NCBI GenBank assembly: GCA_022729235.1
Contig: JALDAJ010000001.1
Span: forward strand, 544,001 to 608,000
From: Candidatus Nanohalarchaeota archaeon
Lineage (GTDB): Archaea; Nanohalarchaeota; Nanosalinia; Nanosalinales; Nanosalinaceae
Direction of reading: 5' to 3'
DNA: 64,000 bases
Shown here: piece after piece, positions 29,735 through 39,092 of the stretch
How positions within the stretch are numbered: position 1 is the first letter of the stretch
Layout: every line of letters begins with the position of its first letter
The notes under the pieces: model-generated
What the model was told of the DNA's origin: nothing
The model's input: only the letters and a program-made list of their open reading frames with translations
Database searches by the model: none
Position numbers and translations under genes: made by a program

Positions 29735-31390
29735 TCAGCCCTCTTCAGACTGCAAGTATCTTCTGACCTCTAAAAGATTTCTCCTTCTCAGCTCCTCGCG
29801 GTACTCTCTGTCGTTTAGGATTCCTCGGAGATGTTCTTCCAGGAGGTCTGCTGAGAGTATGTCTGGTACTGATACGTAGGATGCTCCATTGTGGAGGTGT
29901 TTTTCTGCTTCCTCGGGTTCCTCGGTACGGAGTATTTTTTCTGCATCAGTTTCCAGTTCAAGGATTTTCTCTGATACAGGTCCAAACGGTGCTGTAGAGA
30001 GTATGATGTCGGCCTTCCTGTAGTCCGCTTTCTCCCATGTCTCTCTGTCGATAGCGTTTCCGTATACGTAGTTCTCACCTTTTTCGCGTGCTTCGGCGAT
30101 TTTCTCCGGGTCGTTGTCTATCGTTATGAACGGTTTTTCCTGGTCTTTCAGGGTTTCGATAAGTTTTTTGCCCTGTATGTCGTATCCCAGTACTATAACG
30201 TGGTTCTCCAGTTCACCGTCCTTGTTTGTTGATGGCGTTATCTTTCTATTAGTCGTGTCAAACAGACTGTACTTTGAAAGTATATCGTATGTTCTGTTCC
30301 GGTATAGAGTGGTGTAGGAAGAGGTTATCATCGTGAAAGTTGCTGCCAGTATTATCCCCTGGAACATCGGTTCTGTCATCATCCCGGTCAAGTAGGCCTG
30401 TATAGCTATTATCAGTGAGAACTCGCTTATCTGGTCAAGGCTGAGACCGGTTATGTAGGATGTCCTGGAGTCATAGCCCTGGTGTATAAGCGCAGTAGCG
30501 ATCAGGAATGGCTTGAGTACCATGGTAAATATTATCAGCAGGGCTGCAAGTAGGAGAGTCTCGGCTCCGGGGAATGTAACAAGCGCGCCAAGGGTCACGA
30601 AGAATACAGCGGAGAAGAAGTCCTTTATCGAGCCCATGGTGTCGATTATCTCCAGGTTATGCGGGAACTTTGCTACCGCTATTCCTGCGGCGAAAGCGCC
30701 TATAGCTATCGAGAACCCTAGGTAGTCGGTCAGTGCTATGAAACCGACCAGGAAGGAGAGACCGGTAAGCATCAGCAGTTCTGTAGAGCCTTCTGCCTGC
30801 CTTGCTATGAAGTCGAAGATGTAACGTCTCACGATGAAAGCTGCCGTGAGGATTGCTATGCCGTATAGAAGAGTGTGACCTACTTCTGAGTATGTGAAGA
30901 CAGGTGTGGAGAGTATGATTATCGCTATGACGGCGAGTATGTCCTGGAACAGGTTTATGGATTCGGAGATTCTGCCGTGTATAAGCTCATAGTTCCGTTC
31001 CTTTTCAAGTAATTCAAGCCCTACCAGTGAGGAACTGAGTGTGGCTGCTATACTGAAGTAGAATGAATGCAGCAGTTCAAATCCCAGTATATAGGCAAAG
31101 ATGAAGCTGATTACGCCTATAACCAGTATCTGTATCGAGGTTGCGGCACGGGTCTCGGCTTCCAGTTTACGGAGTTTCTGGGGGTCGAACTTCAGCCCGA
31201 ATATGAACACTAGGAATGCTATACCGAGCTGGGCGAGTTCCAGCAGGTTAGAGTAGTCTATGAAGTAGCTTGAGGTTATACCGGCTACGATGTATGCAGG
31301 TATAGCGGGTTGGTTGAACCTGTTAGCGATGAACAGGGTTATCGAGGATGCAAGGAAGATGATTGTAAGCGAAGAGATGATTTCGCTCAT
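29735..31390 (-). CDS. CPA2 cation:proton antiporter with C-terminal RCK/TrkA-N domain
   Basis: LFQD, GAFAAG, DFF..VFF..LG, QISEFS, HVIVLGY. Confidence 0.9.
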   Translation of the reverse strand: MSEIISSLTIIFLASSITLFIANRFNQPAIPAYIVAGITSSYFIDYSNLLELAQLGIAFLVFIFGLKFDPQKLRKLEAETRAATSIQILVIGVISFIFAYILGFELLHSFYFSIAATLSSSLVGLELLEKERNYELIHGRISESINLFQDILAVIAIIILSTPVFTYSEVGHTLLYGIAILTAAFIVRRYIFDFIARQAEGSTELLMLTGLSFLVGFIALTDYLGFSIAIGAFAAGIAVAKFPHNLEIIDTMGSIKDFFSAVFFVTLGALVTFPGAETLLLAALLIIFTMVLKPFLIATALIHQGYDSRTSYITGLSLDQISEFSLIIAIQAYLTGMMTEPMFQGIILAATFTMITSSYTTLYRNRTYDILSKYSLFDTTNRKITPSTNKDGELENHVIVLGYDIQGKKLIETLKDQEKPFITIDNDPEKIAEAREKGENYVYGNAIDRETWEKADYRKADIILSTAPFGPVSEKILELETDAEKILRTEEPEEAEKHLHNGASYVSVPDILSADLLEEHLRGILNDREYREELRRRNLLEVRRYLQSEEG

Positions 31391-33069
31391 TTTTTATCCC
31401 TCCAGTGAATCCTTTCAAGTTCGCCTCTAACTTCTTCCCTGAAAAGTTCAGAGTCCTTAATCAGTAGTTCTAGGTAGTCGGATAGTCTATCGCCGGAGAG
31501 AACGTTCTTCATCATGACGTAGTGTGCTCCCGTCTCGTAGAGTTTAGCGGCGTCCTCGAAGTTCTTTGCCTTGACGAAAGCAGTCGCGTCGCGCTGCTTG
31601 TCCTGCAGTATCTTCTGGTTCAGCTCGAAGGAGGGTGCAGCAGAGACCACTATAGAAGCGTTCTTTAGTGCCGCGGATTTCCTGATTTCTCCGTGCATGA
31701 AGTCGCCGTAGATGTACTCGATGTTCCGCTCGCTTAAATCATCTGATTTTCGTGGGTCATCATCCACAACTACAACCGTGCCGAATTCCCTTCTCAGCAG
31801 AGGAATGGCATCTCTCGTTAGCTCATCGTACCCGACCACCACTGCGTGGTCCTCGAACTCCTTGAGCTCTACGTCCTGTTTATCCTCGGACTCAAACCTT
31901 TCCAGATAAGGTCTGGCGCGCTGGTATATCTGCTGGTTGTAGTTGATAAGATAGGACGAGGTGCTCATCGTCAGTAGAGCCATCAGGCTGAGATAGCCGA
32001 GTATGTCATTTCCTACGAAGCCCTGTGTGACCGCGAGCGCACCTACAACCAGTGAGAATTCGCTTACCTGTGTCATGTTGATGCTTCCGAGGAATGATGT
32101 CTTAGGTGTGAATTTCTCCCTGTCGATTAGGTAGAACATGATGATGAAGTTACCAATCATTAATACTGCTGATGCGAATACAGCTTCTTTCCAGTAGGTG
32201 AACAGGTTACTTGTTGTTAGCTGTAGTCCGATGCTTGAGAAGAATATTACCATGAAGAAGTCTGTCAGCGGTCTTATGCGCTCCTTGAGCTCCTCTCTGT
32301 AAGGTATCTGACCTAGCCCGAGTCCTGCCAGGAATGCCCCGACTTCTACGGAGAGGTCAAGGTACAGGCTGAGGGAGATGAAGACGAAAGCCAGGGCGAT
32401 ACCATGTATGAAGAATGCGTGCTGGCTCTCTGCAACCTTCTTGAACAGGTCAGGGAGAACGTAGCGGGAGAGCAGGAATGTGAGACCTCCGATAAGACTC
32501 ATCATGACGAATATCTTGACAAGAGTAGTGCCGACAACCTGTGGATCTGTAAGAGTTCCCGCGCTAAATAATGCGAGAATTATGACCAGGTAGATATCCT
32601 GGAGTATCAGGACACCGACATCGATTTTACCGGGTAAACTGGTTATCTCATCCTTGTCGGTCAAGAGCTTGACGATGACCGGCGTGGCGCCGAAGACAGT
32701 ACATAGCGCGATGACGATAGTCTCTATCATCGTAAAACCGAGAACTAGCGGAACGATGAATGCGAGAGAGGTCTGGAGTATGGTCTGGAGTATAGCGATA
32801 TTGGTGACAGGTCTAAGTATCTCCTTTATCTCTTCAAGGTTCATCTCGATACCAAGGAGGAACAGCAGGAAACCGAGACCGAGTTCGGACATCAGCTCTA
32901 TCAGCTGCGACTCCGTGACCACGTTAAGCATCACCGGACCGAGAACAAGCCCTGTTGCGATGTAAGCTATGATAGTCGGCTGGTTGGTCTTCCTTGCGAA
33001 GAAGGCTAGCAACGTAGCGGTGATAAGCAAAAGCGCAAAGTCCGTAGCTAGAGCTGTTTCAACCGCCAT
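31387..33069 (-). CDS. CPA2 cation:proton antiporter with RCK domain (tandem paralog)
   Basis: ILQD, GAFLAG, DFF..IFF, QVSEFS, HAVVVGY. Confidence 0.9.
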   Translation of the reverse strand: MAVETALATDFALLLITATLLAFFARKTNQPTIIAYIATGLVLGPVMLNVVTESQLIELMSELGLGFLLFLLGIEMNLEEIKEILRPVTNIAILQTILQTSLAFIVPLVLGFTMIETIVIALCTVFGATPVIVKLLTDKDEITSLPGKIDVGVLILQDIYLVIILALFSAGTLTDPQVVGTTLVKIFVMMSLIGGLTFLLSRYVLPDLFKKVAESQHAFFIHGIALAFVFISLSLYLDLSVEVGAFLAGLGLGQIPYREELKERIRPLTDFFMVIFFSSIGLQLTTSNLFTYWKEAVFASAVLMIGNFIIMFYLIDREKFTPKTSFLGSINMTQVSEFSLVVGALAVTQGFVGNDILGYLSLMALLTMSTSSYLINYNQQIYQRARPYLERFESEDKQDVELKEFEDHAVVVGYDELTRDAIPLLRREFGTVVVVDDDPRKSDDLSERNIEYIYGDFMHGEIRKSAALKNASIVVSAAPSFELNQKILQDKQRDATAFVKAKNFEDAAKLYETGAHYVMMKNVLSGDRLSDYLELLIKDSELFREEVRGELERIHWRDKK

Positions 33070-33070
33070 A

Positions 33071-33640
33071 TCAGAAGATTTTCTCTATCTCATTTTTATT
33101 GATAGGTCCTTCCCGGTGGATCATGATATCTCCATCAACTACTTCCACGATGGTCGAAGTCGGCGACTCCTGGAGCTCGCCCACATCGATGATATAGTCG
33201 ACATTCTCCCTCAACTCTGGACTGATGTCCTCAACCCGGTAAGAGGTCTCTTCCCCCGAGATATTCGCGCTGGTCGCGGTTATTGGTCCTGCCTCTGCGA
33301 GTTCTGAGGCGACTTCTTCCGAAGAGATGCGGAACACGAACTTCTCATTCAGGTTGTCCGGCACTTTATCCTTCTTCTCCGCGACGAGAGTTAGAGGACC
33401 GGGCATGAACTCTTCTATAATCTTCCTCTCTGTATCGCTCAGTTTGGCGTATCTCTCAGCGGTTTCAAGGCTGTCTACGATAGCGGTCAGACCTTTCGAC
33501 CGCGGTCTCTGCTTAACAGTGTACACCTTGTCGACCGCGTCCTCGTTCAATGCGTCCGCCGCGATCCCATAGGCAGTCTCAGTAGGGGCGATGACGAGCC
33601 CGCCGTCCTCTATGACTTCTTTTGCTTTCTTGGTGCTCAC
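33071..33640 (-). CDS. L-threonylcarbamoyladenylate synthase, short YrdC/TsaC type
   Basis: PTET.YG, K.R, PGPLTL, TSANISG, ST; no SUA5 C-terminal domain. Confidence 0.92.
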   Translation of the reverse strand: MSTKKAKEVIEDGGLVIAPTETAYGIAADALNEDAVDKVYTVKQRPRSKGLTAIVDSLETAERYAKLSDTERKIIEEFMPGPLTLVAEKKDKVPDNLNEKFVFRISSEEVASELAEAGPITATSANISGEETSYRVEDISPELRENVDYIIDVGELQESPTSTIVEVVDGDIMIHREGPINKNEIEKIF

Positions 33641-33654
33641 GAGGAGAGAGCGTT

Positions 33655-34605
33655 TTATTCAAAGTTATATTCCTTGTCCTGGCGAGTGGAGGAGTAGATT
33701 TCGAAAAGCACCTGTTCATCTCTGCTAAGTTCATCGTAATCTACCTCGCCTGCCCTGACCTGCCTGTATTTTTCTTCGCTCAGAACTTTTTCCGGGCTTA
33801 CGTAGAACTCCGGTTCGTGGAACTGTATATGTGATTTATTTCCGTCACAGACTGCGTCGAATGTGTTTCCGTGGTATACAAGGTTTCCGAAGAGATCTTC
33901 TTTTGAATGAGATATGAAGTCTGCGTTTGGAACTATTGCCTCTAGTCTACTGTCAGGCTCGTTTCTCTTATCATTGTACTCCATTATTGTGGCTTCTGCT
34001 GTTTCTGCATCTTCTTCGAGCATCCCCCATGTTTCGTCCCAGCTCTTACCTGATCGAATCATGGTCTCTCTAAGGACTTCTTTTACTTCATTTTCCAGTT
34101 CACTATAGGCTTGCTGGTCTAATGAACCGACTGCTGATTCTACGAGTGTGTCGTTCTCGGGCAATTTATTTGCTATTTCTCTCAAAGGATGGTTTTCTGG
34201 TAGGTCCTGTAACGTGTCTTTATGAGCTACTACCTGTTTTGTGTCACTGTTATCTATTTGGGCGGTGACATTTCTTCCGGTTGTCGTCATATAATCTCCT
34301 GCTTCGGTAAGGACTATGGGATCTCCAGCTCCGAGTGTTTCTTCAAGAGGTTCGACTAGATCGAAGTATTTCATCTGGAAATAATCTGCGAAAGTGTCTT
34401 GAGGATGATTCGGATGAGTATTTATGTCAAACTGCAGGACTGCATCTTCTTCAGCAATAGCACGTATCTCGTCAGGCACCTCCTCCATAGCAGACTCGGG
34501 CTCAGAGGCGGCTCCGCCAAATATGCTAGAAAGTCTCAGACTAATGCCCTTTGAGGCGGTCTCTTTCATGAACTCTCTTCGAGTTCTATCGGAACCATCA
34601 AACAT
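33655..34605 (-). CDS. Hypothetical protein with an N-terminal RRxF motif
   Basis: 316-aa acidic ORF beginning MFDGSDRTRREFMK. Confidence 0.6.
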   Translation of the reverse strand: MFDGSDRTRREFMKETASKGISLRLSSIFGGAASEPESAMEEVPDEIRAIAEEDAVLQFDINTHPNHPQDTFADYFQMKYFDLVEPLEETLGAGDPIVLTEAGDYMTTTGRNVTAQIDNSDTKQVVAHKDTLQDLPENHPLREIANKLPENDTLVESAVGSLDQQAYSELENEVKEVLRETMIRSGKSWDETWGMLEEDAETAEATIMEYNDKRNEPDSRLEAIVPNADFISHSKEDLFGNLVYHGNTFDAVCDGNKSHIQFHEPEFYVSPEKVLSEEKYRQVRAGEVDYDELSRDEQVLFEIYSSTRQDKEYNFE

Positions 34606-34642
34606 GAATTGTTATTATCAGGTAGTAAATATAAGTCTTTCG

Positions 34643-35617
34643 TTATTTCCACGTAACCTCTGCCTCGTCAGGCCTCCACTTCGGCTTCTTTCCACTTTCT
34701 TCGATAACTGTTTCACGGCCTGCCTGTAGTTCAAGTAGTCCTTGGTGGGCAATCATCGCGCCGTTGTCCATGCAGTACTCTGGAGGAGGTACGTAAGCTT
34801 CTGCGCCCCGCTGTTCGCACATCGTCTCTATCATATCTCTCAGGCGGGAGTTCATCGCGACTCCTCCAGTCAGCAGCGCCTCGTCACTCTCCTCCTGCGC
34901 CATCGCCCGCTCCAGCGCCTCCACAACCGCTGAATATGCGTGTTCCTGGAAGCTGTTCGCGATTACCTCATCCTCCTCACTGTTCACTTTTCTTTCACAC
35001 TCAGTAACTAGTCCAGAAAACGAGAAGTCCATCCCCTTGATGGGGTATGTCAGTTCGATTATATCATCCGTCTTTTCTGCAAGTTTTTCAATCTCTGGTC
35101 CTCCTGGGTGAGGGTAGCCCATCTTTCTCGCGAGCTTGTCAAGCGCGTTCCCGAGCGCGATGTCTAGCGTCTCGCCTATCACACGGTATCTTCCGGAACG
35201 GAGCTCTAGTATCTGTGAGTTCCCTCCGGACAGGTATAGCGTGGTCGGGTCTTCCGCTCCGGTTGTCCTCGTCCCGATGGAGATGTGCGCGAGGCAGTGG
35301 TTGACGCCTACAAGTTTAGTGTCGTACCTCTTTGAGAGTGCTCGCGCCATAACCGCACCTACATCCAGGCACTGAGGGATTCCTGGTCCCTGGGCGAACG
35401 CAACTGCGTCTATCTCCTCTAGATCAATACCCGACTTCTGTTCTACCTGGTTGAGAAGATGCATAGCTTTCTGGTAGTGGTGCTCCGCCGCTTTCCGTGG
35501 ATGTATTCCTCCTTCCTCCGGCTCGAACATCGACTTTACATTCGCGTGTATCTCGTCTTCGTCAACTATTCCGATGCCGAGCGTGTGCGCAGTTGACTCT
35601 ATTCCCAGGACTTTCAT
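34643..35617 (-). CDS. kae1: tRNA N6-threonylcarbamoyltransferase Kae1
   Basis: LGIESTAHT, GIHP, NHC.AH, SGGN, DFSFSG, DNGAMIA. Confidence 0.96.
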   Translation of the reverse strand: MKVLGIESTAHTLGIGIVDEDEIHANVKSMFEPEEGGIHPRKAAEHHYQKAMHLLNQVEQKSGIDLEEIDAVAFAQGPGIPQCLDVGAVMARALSKRYDTKLVGVNHCLAHISIGTRTTGAEDPTTLYLSGGNSQILELRSGRYRVIGETLDIALGNALDKLARKMGYPHPGGPEIEKLAEKTDDIIELTYPIKGMDFSFSGLVTECERKVNSEEDEVIANSFQEHAYSAVVEALERAMAQEESDEALLTGGVAMNSRLRDMIETMCEQRGAEAYVPPPEYCMDNGAMIAHQGLLELQAGRETVIEESGKKPKWRPDEAEVTWK

Positions 35618-35661
35618 GGTAGAAGGATAGTGCTGGAAAAGTTAAAAGAGAAAGCCGTGGT

Positions 35662-35964
35662 TTAAGCTTCTACGGGCTCGGCTGTTTCAGTGTCTTGTCT
35701 GATTTGCTGATCAAGCTTGTAGAGCTGTTTGACTATTTCTGAATCCTGGTTTAGCCGGTATAGCTGTGTCTTCCCGTACTTCCGAGTCTCTTCTACGGCA
35801 TCTATCTCCTCTATCTTGTCCCAGGAGCGGTGGACTGTTGATTCGGCTATTCCGGCTGTCTCTGCTAGATCCTTCTTCGAGTAGTCCATGCTTGGGTGCT
35901 CCATAAGTACGTCTAGAACCTTCAGAACTGCCGATTCTCCAAATACTTTTTCTAAGGGTGTCAT
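35662..35964 (-). CDS. Winged HTH protein (putative antitoxin or regulator)
   Basis: FG.S...KVLD.L, DYSKKDLAE.AGI...T, G...LY.LN.DS. Confidence 0.75.
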   Translation of the reverse strand: MTPLEKVFGESAVLKVLDVLMEHPSMDYSKKDLAETAGIAESTVHRSWDKIEEIDAVEETRKYGKTQLYRLNQDSEIVKQLYKLDQQIRQDTETAEPVEA

Positions 35965-36073
35965 CGTCCTACATAAACACTTGTAGCATACACTTTTAAA
36001 CTCTTGTCTATGGGTCTTTCAAGCTCCTATTAATGAAAGTTTTATTAGGTTGGGTTGAGAATAGGTTTCTAGA

Positions 36074-36365
36074 ATGGATGAACTATCGGATAAAAAGAGG
36101 AAAGCTGCACTTATCGAGGGTATGGTTCGTAGAAGACAGTGGAAAATGAGTTATAAGACCGTAGAGGATACTATATCCAAGCTTCCCAATCGTGAGAAGA
36201 AAAAGGCACTGGAAATTATAGATGAACTGGTTAATGAGGGATGGGCGGAGTACCAATAAGGGCGGGGACTGTGTTTCACTTAATTCTTCAAGAAAGTCAG
36301 AGATCAGAAAGTTTCTTGAGGAGTACAGCGAGATGGAGGTGTGGATGCTGGATTCCCTTTTCTAG
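36074..36365 (+). pseudogene. Frameshifted small protein (about 96 aa if one base is removed near 36255)
   Basis: Removing one A from TAC CAA TAA gives EYHKGGDCVSLNSSRKSEIRKFLEEYSEMEVWMLDSLF*; span 292 = 3n+1. Confidence 0.6.
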
Positions 36366-36383
36366 TATCAGTCTGTGAAGGTT

Positions 36384-36944
36384 TTAGAGTCCTTTCAGGA
36401 ACGCCTGCAGTTTTCCCAGGGCGTCATGTCTGTGGGAGTTCCGGTCCTTATAGTCCGGGTCTTCTCCCCATGTCCTGTCGTGGTCTTTCGGCAGGAATAA
36501 CGGGTCGTATCCGAACCCTCCGTCTCCTCTCGGCTCGACTATCTCACCGCGGGCTTTCCCAGTGAAGACTCTGATATCATCTCTTTCTGGCAGGTACAGG
36601 GCTATAGCTGCGCGGAATTCAGCTTTTGTATCGTCGTCGAGAAGCTTCATTATGTTTTCTTTTCCTACTTTGCGGTCGAAGAACGCTGTCTGTGGTCCGG
36701 GGAAACCGTTGAGAGAGTCTATGAAAAGTCCTGAGTCATCGGCGATTAGAAATGCGTCGTCTTCGATATCTGATTTCTCCAGCGCCTGCTCGACCTTAGA
36801 CTCTGCGATTTCCTCGATTGAATCGATGCTGGGTTCTACAGTCTCTATGTCCAGCTGTTTGACTTCAAAGTTGTCAGGTAGAATGTTGCGTGCGTGCTCC
36901 ACTTTCCCGCTGTTGCCAGTCGCAAAGTAGAGTCGGGTTGACAT
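36384..36944 (-). CDS. rdgB: Non-canonical purine NTP pyrophosphatase (Ham1/RdgB)
   Basis: ATGN.GK, ADDSGL...L.GFPG, GFGYDP.F, SHR. Confidence 0.93.
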   Translation of the reverse strand: MSTRLYFATGNSGKVEHARNILPDNFEVKQLDIETVEPSIDSIEEIAESKVEQALEKSDIEDDAFLIADDSGLFIDSLNGFPGPQTAFFDRKVGKENIMKLLDDDTKAEFRAAIALYLPERDDIRVFTGKARGEIVEPRGDGGFGYDPLFLPKDHDRTWGEDPDYKDRNSHRHDALGKLQAFLKGL

Positions 36945-36945
36945 G

Positions 36946-37095
36946 TTATCCGTGCTTGGTGTATCCGCACTTTCCGCAGCTTACGCGGTCTTCGTGTTCT
37001 GCGAGGAAGCTTCCGCACCTTGGACATTTTTCGCCTTCGTAACTGCCGTCTTCGCTGTATTTCTCCCAGAGCTGTACCTTGTCGTGCTTTGCCAT
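36946..37095 (-). CDS. rps27ae: Ribosomal protein S27ae (eS31)
   Basis: CPRCG..LAEH.DR..CGKCGYT; GGTGA SD; start MAKHD. Confidence 0.92.
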   Translation of the reverse strand: MAKHDKVQLWEKYSEDGSYEGEKCPRCGSFLAEHEDRVSCGKCGYTKHG

Positions 37096-37144
37096 TAAGC
37101 TATCACCTTGTGGTTGGTTAAGTCGAGAAAACTTGTTTTCGTCA

Positions 37145-38227
37145 TTACTCTTCAACTCTGGTCTCTAACCAGTCAATGAATGTTGTGCGGTTTTTGTTGT
37201 CTTTTTCTGCTTCGAGTGCTGCTTCGTAGTCTGGTTCGTCGAGTTCTTCGAGCGCGTCTTTGGCGTCGCTGATTGTGTTGTCGACGATGTCCTCGTAGTC
37301 GGCTCCGCTTGATGTCTCGTCCTCGTCTTTTGTCTCTTCTTCGTCTCCAGTTTCTTCTTCCTCTTCTGCTTCTTCAACATCTTCGTCTTCCGTCTCTGGT
37401 TCGTCCTCGACTTCCTCAGGTTCTGTTTCTTCGGCTTCTTCCTTGATTTCGTCTCCTCTTTCCTCGAATACGTCTCTTACTTCGTTTTTGGAGATATCTT
37501 CGGTTTCTACTTCGAGTTCTTCCATTGCTTCTTCGATTCCTGCCGAGGTCATGTCGTCTGCTTCCACTACTACTCTTTCGATTCTTTCTTCCTGTGGAAG
37601 TGTCTCACCGTGGTCAATGACCTCATGTAGTATCTCTTCTTCGACGTCGACGTCCCGGTGTTTGAACTCTGGCATAGATTCCATTATTCTTACCTTGACG
37701 CCGATTGCGCCGGGCTTTGTTTTTGCGAGTTCGTATGCCTCGTCAACGTTCTCTTTGGAAGTATTTCCACATCTTTTCACGTAGCCGAACGAGAATTTTT
37801 CTGTCCGCCCTCTGTTACCTGATAGTTTGCCGGCGATTTCGATTTCTGCCCCTATGACTCCTGACTCCTTCATCCTGCGGAGGTAGGTGTATCCTACTCT
37901 CTTTGTTCTTCCGCCTTTTTCGAGCCATGAAGCCATCGATTTTGCGACTATCTCTGCGTCCCCGTCAGGATTCTCTATCTCGTTTACTTCTATCTGCGGG
38001 TTTTCAAATCCGAATTCTTCCTCCATATCCGCGGTGAGTTCACGAATCCGGGATCCGCCTCTTCCGATTACGAGTCCTGGTCTCTGTGCGTATACGACTA
38101 TCTTTGTTGATGTAGGTGTTCTTACGATTTCGGAGCGTGAGTATCCTGCTCCTTCTAGCTCTTCTTCCAGGTATTCATGCATCCTTACCTTTCTAGCGCC
38201 TTTGTCGATGAACTGTTTTTCCTGCAT
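37145..38227 (-). CDS. rps3: Ribosomal protein S3 (uS3) with long acidic C-terminal extension
   Basis: [30 protein letters not shown]. Confidence 0.95.
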   Translation of the reverse strand: MQEKQFIDKGARKVRMHEYLEEELEGAGYSRSEIVRTPTSTKIVVYAQRPGLVIGRGGSRIRELTADMEEEFGFENPQIEVNEIENPDGDAEIVAKSMASWLEKGGRTKRVGYTYLRRMKESGVIGAEIEIAGKLSGNRGRTEKFSFGYVKRCGNTSKENVDEAYELAKTKPGAIGVKVRIMESMPEFKHRDVDVEEEILHEVIDHGETLPQEERIERVVVEADDMTSAGIEEAMEELEVETEDISKNEVRDVFEERGDEIKEEAEETEPEEVEDEPETEDEDVEEAEEEEETGDEEETKDEDETSSGADYEDIVDNTISDAKDALEELDEPDYEAALEAEKDNKNRTTFIDWLETRVEE

Positions 38228-38640
38228 TATCGTTCACCTACGATTATCTTTACGTGTGCTGCTTTCATGGTTCTTCCACGGTGTCTTTTCGGTGTTCTAA
38301 ACTCTCTGCCCTGGTTGGTTATGAACTCCTGGATTTCCAGTTCGTCAATGTTCAGTCCTTCGTTTTCCGCGTTGTTCTTCGCGTTCCTTATGACGCCGAG
38401 TACTGCTTCTGCTGCCTTTACAGGGTAGCGTGCTTCTCCCTGTCCGGGTTTGTGTCCTGCACCTGAAAACTTTGTGTATGGTACAGGAAGCTCTTTTTCG
38501 ATTACTCGTTCAAGTTTGTTCTCCGCTTTCTCCACGGAGTCTTCTTTCACGAAGCGCCCGATTTCGGTTACGTCCTTCCAGGACACTCTTAGGTTGTGTC
38601 CTTCTGCTCTTGCCTGGTGTGGCTGTGTTTCTAGCGTCAT
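38227..38640 (-). CDS. rpl22: Ribosomal protein L22
   Basis: VS.K...EI, RYPVKAA, NA..NAE..GL; start MTLET. Confidence 0.93.
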   Translation of the reverse strand: MTLETQPHQARAEGHNLRVSWKDVTEIGRFVKEDSVEKAENKLERVIEKELPVPYTKFSGAGHKPGQGEARYPVKAAEAVLGVIRNAKNNAENEGLNIDELEIQEFITNQGREFRTPKRHRGRTMKAAHVKIIVGER

Positions 38641-38650
38641 TTTATCGTCT

Positions 38651-39034
38651 TTACTTGAGCGGTACGTGCTGTGAGGACCGTGTTGCTCCGAGTCCTGGTG
38701 CACTGTGCTGTACTTCTTTCCGGGTTTTTGCGAACTCTCCCAGGTAGTGTCCCAGCATCTCTTTTTCGATGTCTACTGGGACGAAGTCCTGTCCGTTGTA
38801 TACGTGGACTGTTTTACCTACCATTTCTGGTACTACTATCATCGACCTGAAATGCGTCTTGACCGAGTCCTTATCTTCAAGGTCTTCAAGTATTTTTTTC
38901 TCCTCTCTTCTAAGTCCTCTTTCGAGTTTCCTTTTCCCTCTTGAGTTAAGAAGTTCTGCAAACTCGTCTAGAGTCATTTCCTGTAGTTCTTCGAGCTTGT
39001 GTCCTCTGAACTTCCATTCCTCGTCATTACTCAT
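38651..39034 (-). CDS. rps19: Ribosomal protein S19 (uS19)
   Basis: KTH.R.M..VPEMVG, YNG..F, M.GHYLGEF..TRK, GATRSS..VPLK. Confidence 0.96.
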   Translation of the reverse strand: MSNDEEWKFRGHKLEELQEMTLDEFAELLNSRGKRKLERGLRREEKKILEDLEDKDSVKTHFRSMIVVPEMVGKTVHVYNGQDFVPVDIEKEMLGHYLGEFAKTRKEVQHSAPGLGATRSSQHVPLK

Positions 39035-39092
39035 CTCGAAAACACCTCTGATGTTTTCTGGGTTCTTGAAACTCTACGAGTTTTACTCATCT
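39027..39092 (-). mobile_element. Putative 56-bp hairpin-doublet insertion with 10-bp target duplication TTACTCATCT
   Basis: Direct repeats at 39027-39036 and 39083-39092 flank two hairpins. Confidence 0.7.

Noticed and set aside
36257-36283. Stop-codon readthrough at TAA 36257
   Set aside because: The same frame hits another stop 8 codons later; only a one-base frameshift restores a plausible protein.
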